Assembly (NCBI GenBank): GCA_002633005.1
Contig: NMRA01000781.1
Location: 72,613 to 136,612 of the forward strand
DNA: 64,000 nucleotides
From: Phoronis australis
Taxonomy: Eukaryota; Animalia; Phoronida
Direction: 5' to 3'
Shown: piece after piece, positions 1 to 14,630 of the stretch
Numbering within the stretch: position 1 is the first letter of the stretch
How the letters are laid out: the number at the start of each line of letters is the position of its first letter
Position numbers and translations under genes: made by a program
Notes under the pieces: generated by a model
Database searches by the model: none
Seen by the model: only the letters and a program-made list of their open reading frames with translations
Told to the model about the DNA's origin: nothing

Positions 1-293
1 AAAACACGATCCACGCACCCAAATACACGGGACACGGACTCACATTCACGAGGAAACACGGTTAACGGACCGCCAAACACGGGTCACGGACTCATCGGCT
101 TCCTGGGTCACCTGACATCTTCATTTTGTCCGTGACCCGTGTTTGGCGGTCCGTTAACCGTGTTTCCTCGTGAATCTGAGTCCGTGTCCCGTGTATTTGG
201 GTGCGTGGATCGTGTTTTTGAGTCCGTTCCCGTGTTGTGAGTCAGTGGACGTGAGTCGTGTTTATGAGTCCGTTGACCGTGTAGTTTAGGTAC
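1..293. repeat. Foldback/palindromic element with ~20-bp ACACGG subrepeats, truncated by window start
   Basis: 1-90 is the near-perfect reverse complement of ~128-217; the CCGTGT-type subrepeats continue to ~290. Confidence 0.8.
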
Positions 294-860
294 CTTGTCC
301 TATAACTACAGGTTTATAAAACTTGACCTAATTCTTCTGTATTTGTACATGCAACCATAGACTATAGTATCTGTTGTCTATAATCTATGATGCAACATTA
401 ATAACAAGTGATTTTTTGACAAGATTCCTCCAGTGTGTCCCAGTTATTGACTTCATGACAAGATTCCTCCAGTGTGTCCTAGTTATTGACTTGCTAAAGA
501 TTTGTTATGACTTCAGATTTCTCCCATGACTTTAAGATATTGATTTCAGCTATGATGGTGTGATATATCTCATCTCAAAAGTCAGTTAACAATTAAGCAT
601 CATTGAAATGTGATTTAAATGTGATTGTTGTCTTTAGCTGGTTACTGCTTCACATTCTTGCTAAGCTCAGTAGTGAATCAGACATGGCTACATATAGGTG
701 TGTAATGCATGCTTTTGATTCCAGACTACTGTTATTCTTCACATAGTTTGCACATAATTAATCACTGAATGATTTTTCTATGTTTAAAATGTGACTATGT
801 TGGTGCAAATCATAGAAACTTCATCAACTAGTTTTATTATGGCTAGTACAAAACTAATAA

Positions 861-1932
861 TACCGTATTCGCCCTAATAACCCCCCAGGGCGCTTAGAAA
901 ATTTTTTTTCAGGAGGGCGCTTATTGTAACCAAGACGGTTGAAACCCGGTCTCCGAAACGGATGAAATCGGAAGCTAAGAATCATCATATTTAGACTCTG
1001 TGATGTATGTGTAACCTATGACAGACTTTCTACAAAATTGTGGTGCATTGCTATCAAACTTTGCTGTTAAATTGCGATCATTTTACAGAAAATTGTGCAT
1101 AAATCCCAGGGCGAAAAACTCGCCGACTGACTCAATGCAATCATCGATATGGCAACTTGAATGCTTGAATAAAAATACAGTTTCAACTCAAGCAAATTAC
1201 CAGAAATCCTTGTTTTCCAGATAGCGTGACTAAGATTTTTAAGTTCTCATGGTCAGTAGTCATTTTATTGGATATTTGGCTTTAAAAATACCAATTATGG
1301 TTTATCAAACAATCCCTCTTAGAAATAATGCAAAAATTTTTATGGTATTAGAAACTGCCGGAAATTAGTGACAATATTTATATTTTGCCGATGCTATACT
1401 ACCCGTTTCATGAATGGAAAGTTCCCGGCTAATGTCTTTGATGACAGATACATGTATGTAGCGCGCATTTCCTGGCCACGTGCTTTTAACACTGGTCGAG
1501 TTTTTTTATTAGTCTTCGTGTTGAAGAAACTTGGATTCCTGTTGAGGACGGGAAGTATCTACAATACAATCCCGTTGACAAGTATGCTGCGTATGTTCTT
1601 AAAGGCCATAGTACGACACATGCATTCCTTGCAAGATCAGCAAAACTTTTACGTTATTTTTGAGGCACGGAGGAAGTTTGAAGTGTATAGTCATGGCTAA
1701 ATACCGACGTAACGGCGAGGCTCATGGTCTACAAATTCCGCGCTCAATGATTTTTTCAGGTCTGTTGGATATTATTGATAAATTGAAAACGTTACTGTAG
1801 GATTTTAGGACTGTAGATAAGGCATTTTTTACACGTACCCGTTCATGGACTGGGCGCTGATTTTAGCAAAGTCTGAAAATGCGTAGGGGGCGCTTATAGA
1901 GGCATGGGCATTTATTTTTAATGAAAATGGTA
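861..1932. mobile_element. Degenerate non-autonomous TIR element (TACCGTA…GGGCGCTTA type, Tc1/mariner-pogo-like)
   Basis: Left end TACCGTATTCGCCCTAATAA with GGGCGCTTA repeats; right end has GGGGCGCTTATA…AAATGGTA, imperfect. Confidence 0.45.
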
Positions 1933-2683
1933 ATCTTAAGTATTCAAGTCTTTTTGTTCTGTTGAGAAATTTTGCGAAACGTAATTTCAAGAGGCCGTCG
2001 TATTTTATGCTAAAAAGGTGTTCGAAGCATTACGGTTTCGGAATCTTTGAAAATGTTCTTTATCAAAACTGCTTAAAACTGGAAATGCACCTGGTTAAAC
2101 GCCGCAGCCATTTTATAGAAATCCTTACATCTTACTAGGTACTTTACTGTTCTTAATATTTTGCACAACTTTCATCAATTTGACATTTATGAGTACATCT
2201 TACCTGAGAATGAGTCAAATTGTACATGCTGACTCATTTGAGGGACTACCTTCCCACATCACTCTACACACCTGGTGGTGCATGCAACGTACCAGTATGT
2301 AGGAGATCAGTATATGTCTCGCATGATTGATTAAGCTATGCAGGTCTCCTATTTACATATACCTATTGAAATCTCATATTTGACTTTGTGTACAAATTTT
2401 GAAGCACTGTCATCATACTCCAGCTTTCCCTTTTCAACTTTGCATTCTGGGACTGTTTCTTGAAGAGGCTCATTTCACTTTGGGTTAAAAATCAACTTGT
2501 TTCACCAAGTCAGGCTAAGACTAAATGTCAGAAAATCTGTCTAGAACGCGAAGCCAAGAGACAGAAATCCCTATCATGCTTGAGAGCAGACTAAAAGCCA
2601 AACCAAAGAACAAAAAATGAAAAGACCCTGGACAACTTTCTGCATATTTTGATTGATGTATACAGGATGTATGAGTGTAGCTT

Positions 2684-3030
2684 GAAAAGTCATGTGGGAA
2701 CGCTTGACTAGTACAACCCTATTTGGCCTATATGATTGTTGAAGATGAAGATGAAAAGTCATGTGGGAACGCTTGACTAGTACAACCCTATTTGGCCTAT
2801 ATGATTGTTGAAGATGAAGATGAAAAGTCGTGTGGGAACGCTTGACTAGTACAACCCTATTTGGCCTATATGATTGTTGAAGATAAAGATGAAAAGTCAT
2901 GTGGGAACGCTTGACTAGTACAACCCTATTTGGCCTATGATTGTTGAAGATGAAGATGAAAAGTCATGTGGGAACGCTTGACTAGTACAACCCTATTTGG
3001 CCTATATGATTGTTGAAGATGAAGATGAAA
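2684..3030. repeat. Minisatellite, ~70-bp unit, 5 copies
   Basis: gaaaagtcatgtgggaacgcttgactagtacaaccctatttggcctatatgattgttgaagatgaagat repeated. Confidence 0.92.
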
Positions 3031-5726
3031 AAAAGGAGGTTTATGTAATTATTTGGCTATATCTTGTAGTTTGAATAACTGCGGTACTCAATTTTATGTA
3101 AAGTAGTTTATATACACTGTCAATTGTTTATTTAACTGATATCAGTGCTACACATGATATGAAGTGATTAAAAAATATTGATTAGTGTTAAACTTTATCC
3201 ATATGACATTTAATAAAAATCTCACTCTGAAACCCTTTTTTCACGGTATTAAGCCAGCAGTCTTCTTTTATCAGGCAGTAAAATCCAGTGTTCTTTGAAA
3301 TTAGTTTTAGAGCCTTGTACCAGGAATTGGTTAGTTTAATGCAGACTTCTCCATTCCTATTGAGATAATAAAAGATATGTCTTGATCGCAATGCCTGGTA
3401 TGTTGTACTGTGTAATACTGAATATCGAGCTTAGTTAGTGTTCTCAGAATTTGAGTTGGTGTTGAAAATTTATAACTTTTCTCGTATTAATAACCTTAAT
3501 AGTTCAGGGCAATAAAATGTCAAAACTGTAGTGGTGTGTAGAACATTTGATAAAAGAAAAAATCTCTGTGACTCATGCTTGGCAGCATTTATTATCTTGA
3601 TAATTCTCTGCATTCCAAGTCCCAAAATGAAGTTGTGCCGGTACTACTTTCTCCCAGTTCTGCCACGTGTCCATATTGCTCACCCCACTATGCAGAAAAT
3701 GTGGCGCAAAAATGATAGGGGTGCCCCCTACATCTGGTCTGCCTCTTGGAGCAGATTGTGGATTTCTGTCTTTCCACTGAGTTATTGACAGGTTGTCTGA
3801 CTTTCAGCCTTAGCCTGATTTTTGTGAAATAGGCCGAGTCATTTGCAGACTGATTTGTAGCCAATATCCTAGGGAAAAGGCAATAAATATTTCAGTTGCA
3901 GAAAATAGTACCCTGCTTACTAGCAACATTTTAGGACTTTTTAGATTGATTCTGGGTTTATGTCTACAGGCAAAAGGTTAAAAAGCTTTTTAGTTTTTCA
4001 ACCTTAAAAGTCATTTTGGTTCTACTTCTACCTCTGTCTGTAAACTGAAGTAAAAACAATATGAAATTTTCTGTTGGATGAATTCATTAGACTGAAATTT
4101 TAAAATCTTTTAGCTGGTTAATTACACAGCTGAACACCTTATTAATTACGTACCTTGCCCAGACGGATTAGACAGCAGTTATATAACCACTGGATCAGAG
4201 TTTGCTGTTGTAGGAAACTCTAAGTCCCATCTACACACAGCCTACCCTAGAACAACTTGCACTAGTGTAGCGTCCACACACACACACACATCCGATAACT
4301 GTGCGTGACAATGCACAACTAATGTGAGTATGGCACTCAAAAGAAAATCCAACTATAAGTAATCACAGTTGATAATTACTTCTGTCCTACCCCACTTTTG
4401 CAGCCAACTTACCCTGGAGCATGTTGTCACAAGTGGGTAAGTTGCGCTAGTTTAAATAGTGTCCAGACAACACTCAAACCTGGTGACAACTCGTTCCAGG
4501 AGTAACTTGTTCTAGGATAAGTCTGTGTGTGGACAACACTATATACTGAAAGATACTTTTTCATTTGACTGAGTGAGCACCATGCCCTAGAGATCATGAT
4601 GAAAATATTCTAGCCAATTAATTTAATATGAATCTTTCAAATACTATGCTTTATGGAACTGTTCTCTAAAACACCATTAGGACTCCCAGGACCTATGCTG
4701 CGTAAAGGTCTGATGTGCAGCTATGGAAAAAAGGATTTTTTGAGTTTTTATGTCATGCTTTTATATGACCCATTTTATGTGACCCATTTTATATGACCCA
4801 TTTTCAGACTTGATGTAATTTTGAAATTGGCATTGATGGTGAAACAGTACAAGCCGAAAGAAAACGGACAAAATACCGTTTCCATATGATGACAGTCAGC
4901 TCTGCATGTAGATTTTTTCTGCTAGATTGTGTCTGAAACTGAACGGCAAGTGCCTGTCATGACCCCTCATGCTGATTGTAATCTCATCTCTGTAAATTCT
5001 TCCCATGCCTCCTCATTATTTACACCATTTTGACCTAATTCCAGTGTATATTTGTACACTACACTGCAGCAGCATACACAATATGGTTTACAACCCTAGT
5101 ACTAAATTTTCTATTTTCATAGTCAAAGTTTTGCAATATTCCTTTCTAATACTCAAAGTTTTGTGTTTTTCACTTAGCATACGTTACTTACTCTGGTTTA
5201 AAGAAGAAATTGCAAGGTCCAAAACAATCTTAACAACAATATGGTCTAAATTATTGTTTACAATTATAATTGCTATATTCTTAACTTTAAGTGAATTGTA
5301 CGTGGCTATACAAAGTTATTTACATACTTAGTGCCGTGGTGTTGTAACGCCATTATTGTAACGGAAAGTAGAAATGGCGCCATTTTCGTTCGTTACACAT
5401 GTGTGACGTGGTGTACGGGAACACAAAGGAAGCATTGTGTATCCAAGTGAGTACTAGCATAGATGGGGATTACTTTGTAAGATACAGGGACGGACAGGTC
5501 GACTTTTCAGAGGATTCGGACGTGGAGGAAGAGGTGATACATCCCATAGGAACAATTTGTATTCTCAGCTTTTCTGTTGTGGAGCCGTTCTCCCTCGATC
5601 CGTTTCACGGCTCTTTCTCCGGTCGTTGGAGACTGGACACCTGCTGGTTCGTCTAGTGAACATCCACAGGCAGAAGGTACGCAGAAGTTGCGATTGGATG
5701 TTAGTGACTGGAAGGAATATTATTAA

Positions 5727-7610
5727 TACCGTACTCGTCTGGGTTACCGCCCATGCTCGGCTTACCGCCCACCCCCGAAATTTTCGACATTTCAGTTTTA
5801 AGTGCTCAGGCTCTGCTTACCGCCCATCCCCAATTTTTCATGATCGAGACTTCCTTAGAAGTGTCTGTGGTTTTTGAACGTATGTCGCACAAAACTAAGA
5901 TTCCAAAACGTGCGCAACTTGCTTACCTTTCAGTGACAATCAGTTTTAGTGGAACCGGGAACTTGCCTTACCGTGGTGATAAAATACCTGTATTCTCATG
6001 CACTTTATTGAAGGAGACACAATTATTTCATTTGGCTCACGCGCGGAACTCGTGTCACCATTTACTGATCTCTGAGACAGCGGTTGTCGAATGTATTTCA
6101 TTGCCGTGGAAGAACGAGCAAAGCGGTACGTGACAAGAATTTGAAGTCCGTGTAATTCTACCTTTCTGTGATTCCCCGTATGTGCCGTGAGTACAGTACA
6201 CGAAAGATCACACTGAGCAATGAAATAAGAAAAAGCACAAGCACACCAACATTATTTTGGACGCATTGTTTTGAATACAAGCAGACACGATTCATTGTGA
6301 CAAGCCAACTTGTCTCGGTGATCCCTGCCGTGGTTAAACGCGTTTTAATGGCAAATTCCCGACACCAAAATGGAAGCGCCCAACCAAAATGGAAGCGCCC
6401 AACCAAAATGGAAGCGCCCAACCAAAATGGAAGCGCCCAACCAAAATGGAAGCGCCCAACCAAAAGCAACAGCGCAAGAAATCAACTTTTTACTAATACA
6501 TGCACTCTCCCAGCCTTCAATATGGGGGGGGGGGCTCGAATTCCTAACGTTGTGACCTTTTGGTANNNNNNNNNNNNNNNNNNNNNNNNNNNNNNACGTT
6601 GTGACCTTTTGGTAACAAAATAGCCGGCGGACTAAAAAAAAAAAAAGGGCGCACCATTGTGAATTGCGCGCGTTTGTGCTTGTTTAGTGGACTTTTGTCT
6701 CATTTTCTCGGACTTTTTGTTTCTCACAGGCAGACCTTTTTGCCCACTTCGCCAAATGGGGGGGGCCTCATTCGAGCCCCCCCCCCGAGCCCCCCTGGGT
6801 GCGCGCATGTAATAAGTGCAAGTCGAACATTCTATCGACATCCACGTGGTCAAAAACTTATTTTTTTGAACTCTTGATTTGTCTGATGTCTTGTTACTTG
6901 ATTATTTTTTGCTTCATTATTTTTGTAGCTGACCTAGCACCCCTATTGCCCAATAGTAGTATCGTCCGATTGTTGAGCCCGTGCTTTGAACAAGAGTGGT
7001 GTTGGCTGTACAACTCACAGGCGATCCTCAGCTTCTGAGCGTCCCCAATTCACTTATTGGGACATCAGAAGCTGAGGACGCCTGTGGTTCAACTCAGAAA
7101 GAACTATACAGTGTTTCATTTTTCAAAACTAGGTTCAAAGCATTTTAAAGTTCTTAAAAGAACTGAGACCTGTCAATCATTAGCACGTGCTTTGGTTGCC
7201 AAAGTGTCTAGCTGGCGCATTAGTAGTCTTGCTTGATTTGTCTTTTCTGTGAAAAAACTTGCCCTACTTAACGTACGTGTACTTGTAGGAATACAGGAGA
7301 GATGACGAGCAGTGACAGAGGTACGTAAAAAACCCAATCATGCTCGGGATCACGGTGCCCTATACCGTGTGCGCTATTCCACTTCAGAGAGTCGAAGTCT
7401 GTTTCTTCAATCCGCCGACGTATATTTGAACTGCTATGCTTGAAGTCCGACGTCAGTGTAGTTCTGTGAGGGTAAAACGTGTCCCCCGTACAGTAAGCAC
7501 CCACTCCTGACTTCAAAAATTTCGATTTTAGCCGCCCATGCTTGGCTTACCCCCGGATTTTTTACATTCCCAATTAAGCGCCCTGGGCGGTAAGCCGGAC
7601 GAGTACGGTA
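5727..7610. mobile_element. Non-autonomous TIR DNA transposon, TA target (Tc1/mariner-pogo-like), with nested repeats
   Basis: Left TACCGTACTCGTCTGGGTTACCGCCCA versus right reverse complement TACCGTACTCGTCCGGCTTACCGCCCA; subterminal CCGCCCATGCTYGGCTTACC repeats at both ends; no transposase. Confidence 0.82.
6365..6465. repeat. 19-bp tandem repeat, ~5 copies
   Basis: ccaaaatggaagcgcccaa repeated; explains ORFs 6158-6623. Confidence 0.95.
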
Positions 7611-7664
7611 TGTATCCTACACTACAACCGCAAATTATTACTTGGTCTTTTTTAATTCAAAATT

Positions 7665-8982
7665 CAGCCATAGACAAATTAGAGATAAGTCAGGGATTTG
7701 CCGGTCGTGCAATCACGGGCCAGATGAAAACGACCCCAGCTGAAGCTATCCTTGCCAAAGTGAACCTGTCAACCATATTGACCAGATCAGTCCAACTCAG
7801 TATGATCATCTATGCAAAATTGCTGAGACAAGCAGGCGAGAACTCAAGATATCAGACGGCATACAAGACTTCAGCAGCAGACGAAGAAGACAAGCTGGAG
7901 AGAAATAGCCAGCAAAGTATGGAAATCAATCTTGAAACCAAACTACTGCCGCGAAAACCAGATCCTCTCCCCCCTGACTAGAGATAGGTGACCATTGGTT
8001 TGAGACGACGGGTTGAAAAATGGGCGATGTGGCAGCATACCGACAGTGGGCCGTGGCTTGACAGGAGGAACGATGGAGCGACTATAACCTGGTCCTCTAC
8101 ACAGATGGATCAGCAACAGACGGTAACACAATAGGCAGTGGTGGAGTCGTCACTGCAGACCATCCAAGCGACCCTCGGGTTCACTGTTCCTTTGCTATAC
8201 CAACCAGCAAGTGGTGCTCCTCATTCTAGGTGGAGATGAAGGCCATCAGCAGTGATTCAAGAAGAAGACGTTGCAAGAACTGTTGAAATAGTGAGTGATA
8301 GTCGGTGCTGCAACGCCTCCACACGATCCACCTGTCCCAGCTACCTAACAACGACGAACGCCATGCCATGCTGACCCTTGCCGAGCTACATGATAAAGAT
8401 TGCCAGGTCACCTTCACCTGGTGTCCCAGCCATACAGGGATCATCAGGAATGAACTTTCCGACGAAGCGGCAGAAGAGGTTACCAATCAAGAACAAGGAG
8501 CAATAGACCACTATTACAACACCGCCAAAGCGGCGATCTGGAGAGTGACTCAAAGCAGACCGGCATCTCACTAGAGAATGCAATGAACGTACGGTACCCA
8601 AGGTGTCAAGAACAGCCACATCGCAGAGAAGATGCTGAGCCGGAACGAGCAGGAAACTCTCAGCCGACTGAGCAGCAGCCACCACACGGAGTTGGAAGTA
8701 TTGGTTTGCAAAACTCGGCCAAGTGGTGGACACAGTGTGCAGAAAATGCGGTCTGGGTGAGGAAACAGCTGAACATGTTATATTTGAATGCCTGAGGATG
8801 CACCACCCCCAACTACCCCCAAACCCTCCTGACACTCTTGCCAAAGATCTCCACCTCACGCTTAAATTATTGGAGAAATAGACTTCAACTCCGAATCTGG
8901 AAGACGTCTCCCAACTCACCCCCTTCCCGGCTAGGAACTAACCCCCAAGTATCTTGTTGCTCAACAGCAATCAACAACAACA
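7665..8982 (+). mobile_element. 5'-truncated decayed non-LTR retrotransposon with RNase H (I/Nimb/Ingi-like)
   Basis: Post-RT segment KLEISQGFAGRAITGQMKTTPAEAIL; RNase H motifs YTDGS (~8098) and FTWCPSHTGIIRNELSDEAA; CCHC knuckle CRKCGLGEETAEHVIFEC (~8738-8790); (CAA)n tail at ~8962-8982; stops and frameshifts. Confidence 0.85.
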
Positions 8983-11900
8983 GTGACTTCAAGCAGTAGC
9001 CAGTGCGATTAAGAGGCAATTTGTGGAACCCTAACTGTTTAAAATTAGTTTTAAAGGCATCTTAGTATTCAAATATATTCTGACATGTACTTGGAATTAT
9101 TTTTGGAAAATTACTGGCTTGATTGGCTTGCTTCATTCTGAGCTGTCGACATCAGATTCAGAGTGCAATCGCACATATCCATGTTGTCAGTCAGCTCCTT
9201 GTCGAATGACTAAGTGGATGCACGCATGTATTATAAATGGGAAGGAGATTAAAACTCTGTGGTGTCTACAGAGTTTTTCCTTTGCGCTTATTTCACACAT
9301 GATGAAGTTTGCGATTTTTTTTCTTGAATTTCCGTCATGACGCATTTTCTAGTAGCATGGCTCCTTATTACAATATTGATACCGGTATGCTCAGCCTCGG
9401 TCGTGCGTTACATATCATGGACGGCGCACCATAGGGGGCTGAGGGCCTGTACCCCCCCACTGTTTTGGGTGCTGCGCCGTCCATGCATATGCATCAATTT
9501 TAATCTGATGCAACTTCCGATAGAAGTGACCACTCGCACTTGTATCTGTGTGATAACTGGTCTCGTGACCCAATTGCAGTGTATTGGTCATCTGTGCTTG
9601 TAGCCTGCTGTATTTGGTGAATACATCACAATTTTTTACGGTTGATTAGGTCCGAACTATATAAATACCAAACAGCATTGCAACTCAAAGTCCACGTCTC
9701 AAACTGTAATCTAGTTAAAAACTTAAAAGTTTAACCAAACTAAATGGCATAATGTACACCTCCTTTCTATTATCAAACTAAAAGACTTATTGAGCCCAAT
9801 TTTGTACATCGGCTGAGATAAAAAAATCATTGACTATCCCCGTCTATTTCCGTGACCTGAGTTCCTGTGGAACGATTCCTGAATGATGATCATATTGGCT
9901 TGAAAATGTATTGATATCACCGTGAGCGTAAATGCATTGTTATTTTGTTTGGTTGTTGATTCTCATTTTGGTTCTTTTTATACAAACTTGATTATGTATT
10001 TTCCAAGTTTTACTCGTTCTTTGCATATGACGAATGGCATTTAGTGCATAATCATAAGTTTGTGAAGTACATCGCATCTCCCACATGCAACACTTGGATG
10101 CTGAAGTCCGTCTTGACTATTGCGAGAGTATGCCAAATTTCAGCAGCAGTACCCATTTAGGTAATGAATTAGAGGAAAAAACTTTCTAGATCAGCAAATG
10201 TTGTATCTTTAATGCCGTAACTGAAACTGATGCAAAGTACCAGCCTGGAGTGAGCAATTGCCATGTGTACTTGGCAGCAAATTGACACCAGCTTTACTGG
10301 CTTTAAAAATGTAAAATAGAAAAAAATATCCGCACACGGCAATGTTTCAACAAATAAAAACAAATGCTATCTCAAAACAACGAGCTCCACACTTGATTCA
10401 CAAAAATTGGCTATTTTTACAATATTTCACATGGGTCTAGTAATATACTTTATCTTCATTCTCGGGGAACTTCAAAATATAGACCGTGTAGCAAAAAAAA
10501 AGGTTTAGCAGTGGAAATTTGCTTACTACTTAACCGAGGTCAAAGGTTACAGGGTTGTCATTCAAATTGAATCTCTGCCAGGCACAGAGTAGCTCAGTAT
10601 GTTGCCTCAGTCCTTTCATTCACCGAGTTCCCATAAATTGAGTCAACAGGTATACATTTGATAGAAATATGCCAGTGATAACGAAGACAAAACAGTTTTG
10701 ATCCCGAGGGAGTTCAGCATGCATATGACCACCTCTCGGACTTGATATGGTAACAAAGTTAACATTTTAGCGATAATCAAGTTAATTACGCACTGCAAAT
10801 TCAGTTGACATTGCAAGTGAATGTTGAACTAGCGAACAAGGTCAAGGCATGTGTAGGTTATATTGACCCAGAACAAGTTTTCACCAAATAATTAACGGAA
10901 AACCTTGAGATTTTCACGTGTCCCAGCTTAATCGGCTCTTTCTCGGCACTTCAACTTAATTTGTACTTAAAGAACTCGAGTTCTCGAAAACAGCTTGGTG
11001 GATTTTGCTGGAACTTTTCAAACTTAACATTTATTCAGCAATCTCAAAAATGCTGTTAGGATTTTTGATATAAAGGCCTAGGTTTTGCGTAATGTAACCA
11101 CTGTTATTTTTTACAAAAATACCTTATGTCTTACCCGTTGATTTGTCATAGAAACCAAACTAAAATCTAAAATCCTAACAGCATTCTTTTAGGTAACTGG
11201 TGAAGTTTCCATTTAAAAACGCTTCAATAAAATTGATTGAGACGTTATTTTGATATGAATGTACATTTTAATATGAAATTTTTACTTAAAAAAGTGTTAA
11301 TGTAATTATAATAATGGCACATTAAAATATAAAGTGTATTTTAATATTTCCTGATCTTTTTCTTTCAGAATATATATTAATACACATTTACTAGTTGACA
11401 AAGCCCGTTTTTTATGTACGAGCTTGAATGGAGGCCACTGAATAATTTTTGAGATAACCTTGATTTTCACACAGGGTGGAAATGGACAGCCACTATGACT
11501 GTCAGTTCTGGTACACTCAAGATAACTGGGAAGTCCATTTGTACATAGCCATTATGATATTTTCTGTTGGCTTGTATTGTTTCTGTTATATGAGGGTAAA
11601 TTAAAACTCAGACACACTTCGTTGTTTGGACGTAGACACTTATAATGTACAGAACAAACACATTCATCTGCAGTGTAAATTAAAAAAAATTCATTGGTCA
11701 AAGCAAAAAGTGACACGTCAAAAAATTATGAATAACTCTGTGACATTTTATTCTATAAAGAATTTTTAGCCATTGAGGGTTTAGAAAATGAACTGTTAGG
11801 TGTTGTGTGGGTCGAAAATGGACAGTCAAGAAGTTAGTGTACCATCTATTTCATAAACCATGAAGGGGGGGGGTGTAGTTATTTTGAACAAGTTGCTTGT

Positions 11901-14630
11901 CTGCAGTGCAATGACAGAAACTGTTGGAAAGCTGCAAAACAATTTTGATAGCGGAGAAGTATGCCAATATTCTGTCCAATCAGCTGTGTTTTGCAGCCCT
12001 GTCAAGATCATTCTCTAACCGCTAGTGGGTCTTCAAGTACCGTAAAATCTCATCAATTTTAGACATAAACTATTACCAAAGTTGGTCCTTTTTCAATTTT
12101 GCATTGCTTCTAATATTGTGAGTGCCCACAATTTCTCCTAATCATCGTCTGATGGTTGCTATGGTGAATGGTTGCTATGGTGAATGGTTGCTATGGTGAA
12201 GATTTTTAAAAATGGTATAGCAATGATTTGGTGCTACTTCTCTGTGAATAATGAGAAAATAAAATTTCACTTGCTTGCCATGCCGTGTCCTAAATTGGTG
12301 GGATATCACCATATGGTTTTTAACCAGTTTGTGAACAAGACATGATCACTCAGTTTGTGAACAAGACATGATCACTCAGTTTGTGAACAAGACATGATCA
12401 CTATGTAAGAAGCATTAAATAACTGTTGAAGTCATACAGATTATTGACATTGGAGTTAGACCTCCTGCCACTCAGTTTACCAGTCCAGCTCTGGATTTTG
12501 TGTCCTCACCAAAGACTGACTGAATAATAGGAAACCCAGCTTTAAGTGGACTTCAGTGTTGACTTCCTTATGTGTTTATGGTCATCAGCCACTTGATGGG
12601 TCAGAAGGCAAATTCTGCTTCTCTTTCAAGGGTACCATGAAAACTTTTTTTTTTTGCTTGTGGAGTAGGGTTTGAACTGTGGTTTGTTTAGGTAATTAAT
12701 GTAAGACTGACATTAATAAATATGGGAATACATTGTGACTGACATGTAATTTAGTCTACAGTTTGCCTAGTTCTACTCTCTGCAGCCAGCACTTACCATT
12801 AATCAAAGAAGTCCTTGAACTTTTTAGGAAATAACTGGATTTGACTCTTCCAGACTTTGGTGATATTTCAGTGCAGAACTTGTTGCCTGATTTTCAAAGG
12901 GTTTATGAATAAGTTTTGATTTTGTGAATTTCATGATAGCTACATTGATTGAATTGTGTCAATTTTGTGATAAGTTGTATCACTTGTATTGAAGGAACAA
13001 ATGTATGAGAACATCAGTATTAGTTGCTTAAGGGTCCCGCATTTTGAGAACCAGACTTCTTCACTCAGTATTGGACAGGCAATTGCGTGAAAAGGTCAAC
13101 CTAGAGACAAAATATTAAAATTGTAACTATACTTACATTTCTGATCTCATCTGAAAGCCCAATCTCTCTAGTTTCATGACCTATATTTGATTGTCCTGCA
13201 ACTTTCAATTTTTTGCCTAAACGTCCCTGTTTTTGGGGGGGGTCACTTGACCCTAAAAATTATCTCGATTTTCATGTGTTGCTTATTATTGTCATAAATA
13301 AGCTAATTATGGGTATTTCACTACATTATCAAATTTGTGTAATCACATGAAGCCCAAATTTTATAAAAAATATTTCAACTTTGGCCCATCATTGACCTCT
13401 TGGGGTCAAAGGTCAACTCCAGGATATGGTGCTGTACGTTCGTCACAAAAAAACTGCTAAAAAGTTTAGTTACATTAAAAGTTGTCAATCAAAAATAAAA
13501 AAATCAGATTCTCTTTGAACTTGTTACTTAATAGTATTGACCAAAATTTTAGATCCCAGGGATTATTTGTTAAGTCAGAAATTGTGTGACAGACATACGG
13601 CAGATTTGTACGTCCGTCACGTATGTCTGTTACACCCATGAAATTACAACTTTTCAGCCAATAAAAGTAACCTGAGTTCTTATTTTTACTTTCTAAACTT
13701 GCAGAAGATAAAATGTATCTCACACCCAAGAACCTTAAAATGATTAAGTACTACAAAGAGAGCTTTAAAATTGAGTAAAAAAGTTGCCACAGATTTAAAC
13801 TAGATGCACTGAACTTCTTAAATTTCAAAAGTATTTGCTGAAAAGTTATAGTTTACAGAGTCATCTAGTTATTCTTAGTAAAATTCAACTTTGTTAATCA
13901 GACAGTTGAACCACATTATAAAATCTAAATAAAACAAAATGTTAATTTAATGAACTTATTGTGGTTTTTGTTGCTGCCCCGTGTTTGTAAAGAAATACTT
14001 AGCTTTTGGAAAATTCAAGATGCAAAAATATTTATATAAAAGAATTCCTAAGGTGCTCTGGCGTATAAATAACAAGAGACCTAACGGAATACATGTCAAG
14101 TTGTTGAGCTGGAAATTATTTCTGCTATGACTTTCTATGCTGTTTTGTGTTGAAAAAGCCAATGCTGGGCATTTTTAAGTGGTAGCAACGTGTCACCTAC
14201 TTTAGTGAGCATTTTGCCACACCTTCACCCACTGTACTCACTCTTGTTGTGTTTTTCATTGTCTTGGGTGGCTTGTATGGAGTGATTTCATAACAAGAGA
14301 TTTACATCGCCTTATCTCATATATTTTTGTCAAAACAAAAATTTTGATCTTGCAATCTTTTTAAGAATGAGACAATTTTTTTCTGCTGAGCTTTTGAGGA
14401 GATTAAATCGGCGTTTAGAAACGAAAGAGGAAATTGCTGGAGACCACGGGAAGAACAGAATGGAACTGGGAGAAGAGTAGATATCAGTCGGAATATTCTC
14501 TGAAACTCTAAAAAAATGTCACCGTGGATCAAGTAATTCATAATTGTACCTGCGTGAACCATGATGTAACATTATTTAATGCCTATCTTTAAAATTGAAA
14601 AGAAGGAATGAGTTAAAAAGCTCAATCATG

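Noticed and set aside
2574-3030. Repetitive 108-aa ORF and superficially CRISPR-like array
   Set aside because: Head-to-tail minisatellite without unique spacers, eukaryotic context, no cas genes. The same applies to the other arrays.
4225-4540. Small inverted-repeat element (ctacacacagcctaccctagaacaa / ttgttctaggataagtctgtgtgtgg)
   Set aside because: Arms are too degenerate to define termini or family; probably an old MITE.
8386-8919. 177-aa minus-strand ORF
   Set aside because: Antisense to the decayed LINE RNase H/zinc-knuckle region.
14390-14503. Purine-rich stretch as the missing 5' STIM exon
   Set aside because: No signal peptide, weak acceptor and no phase-1 donor matching exon 16775; the first exon was not identified and may lie outside the window.
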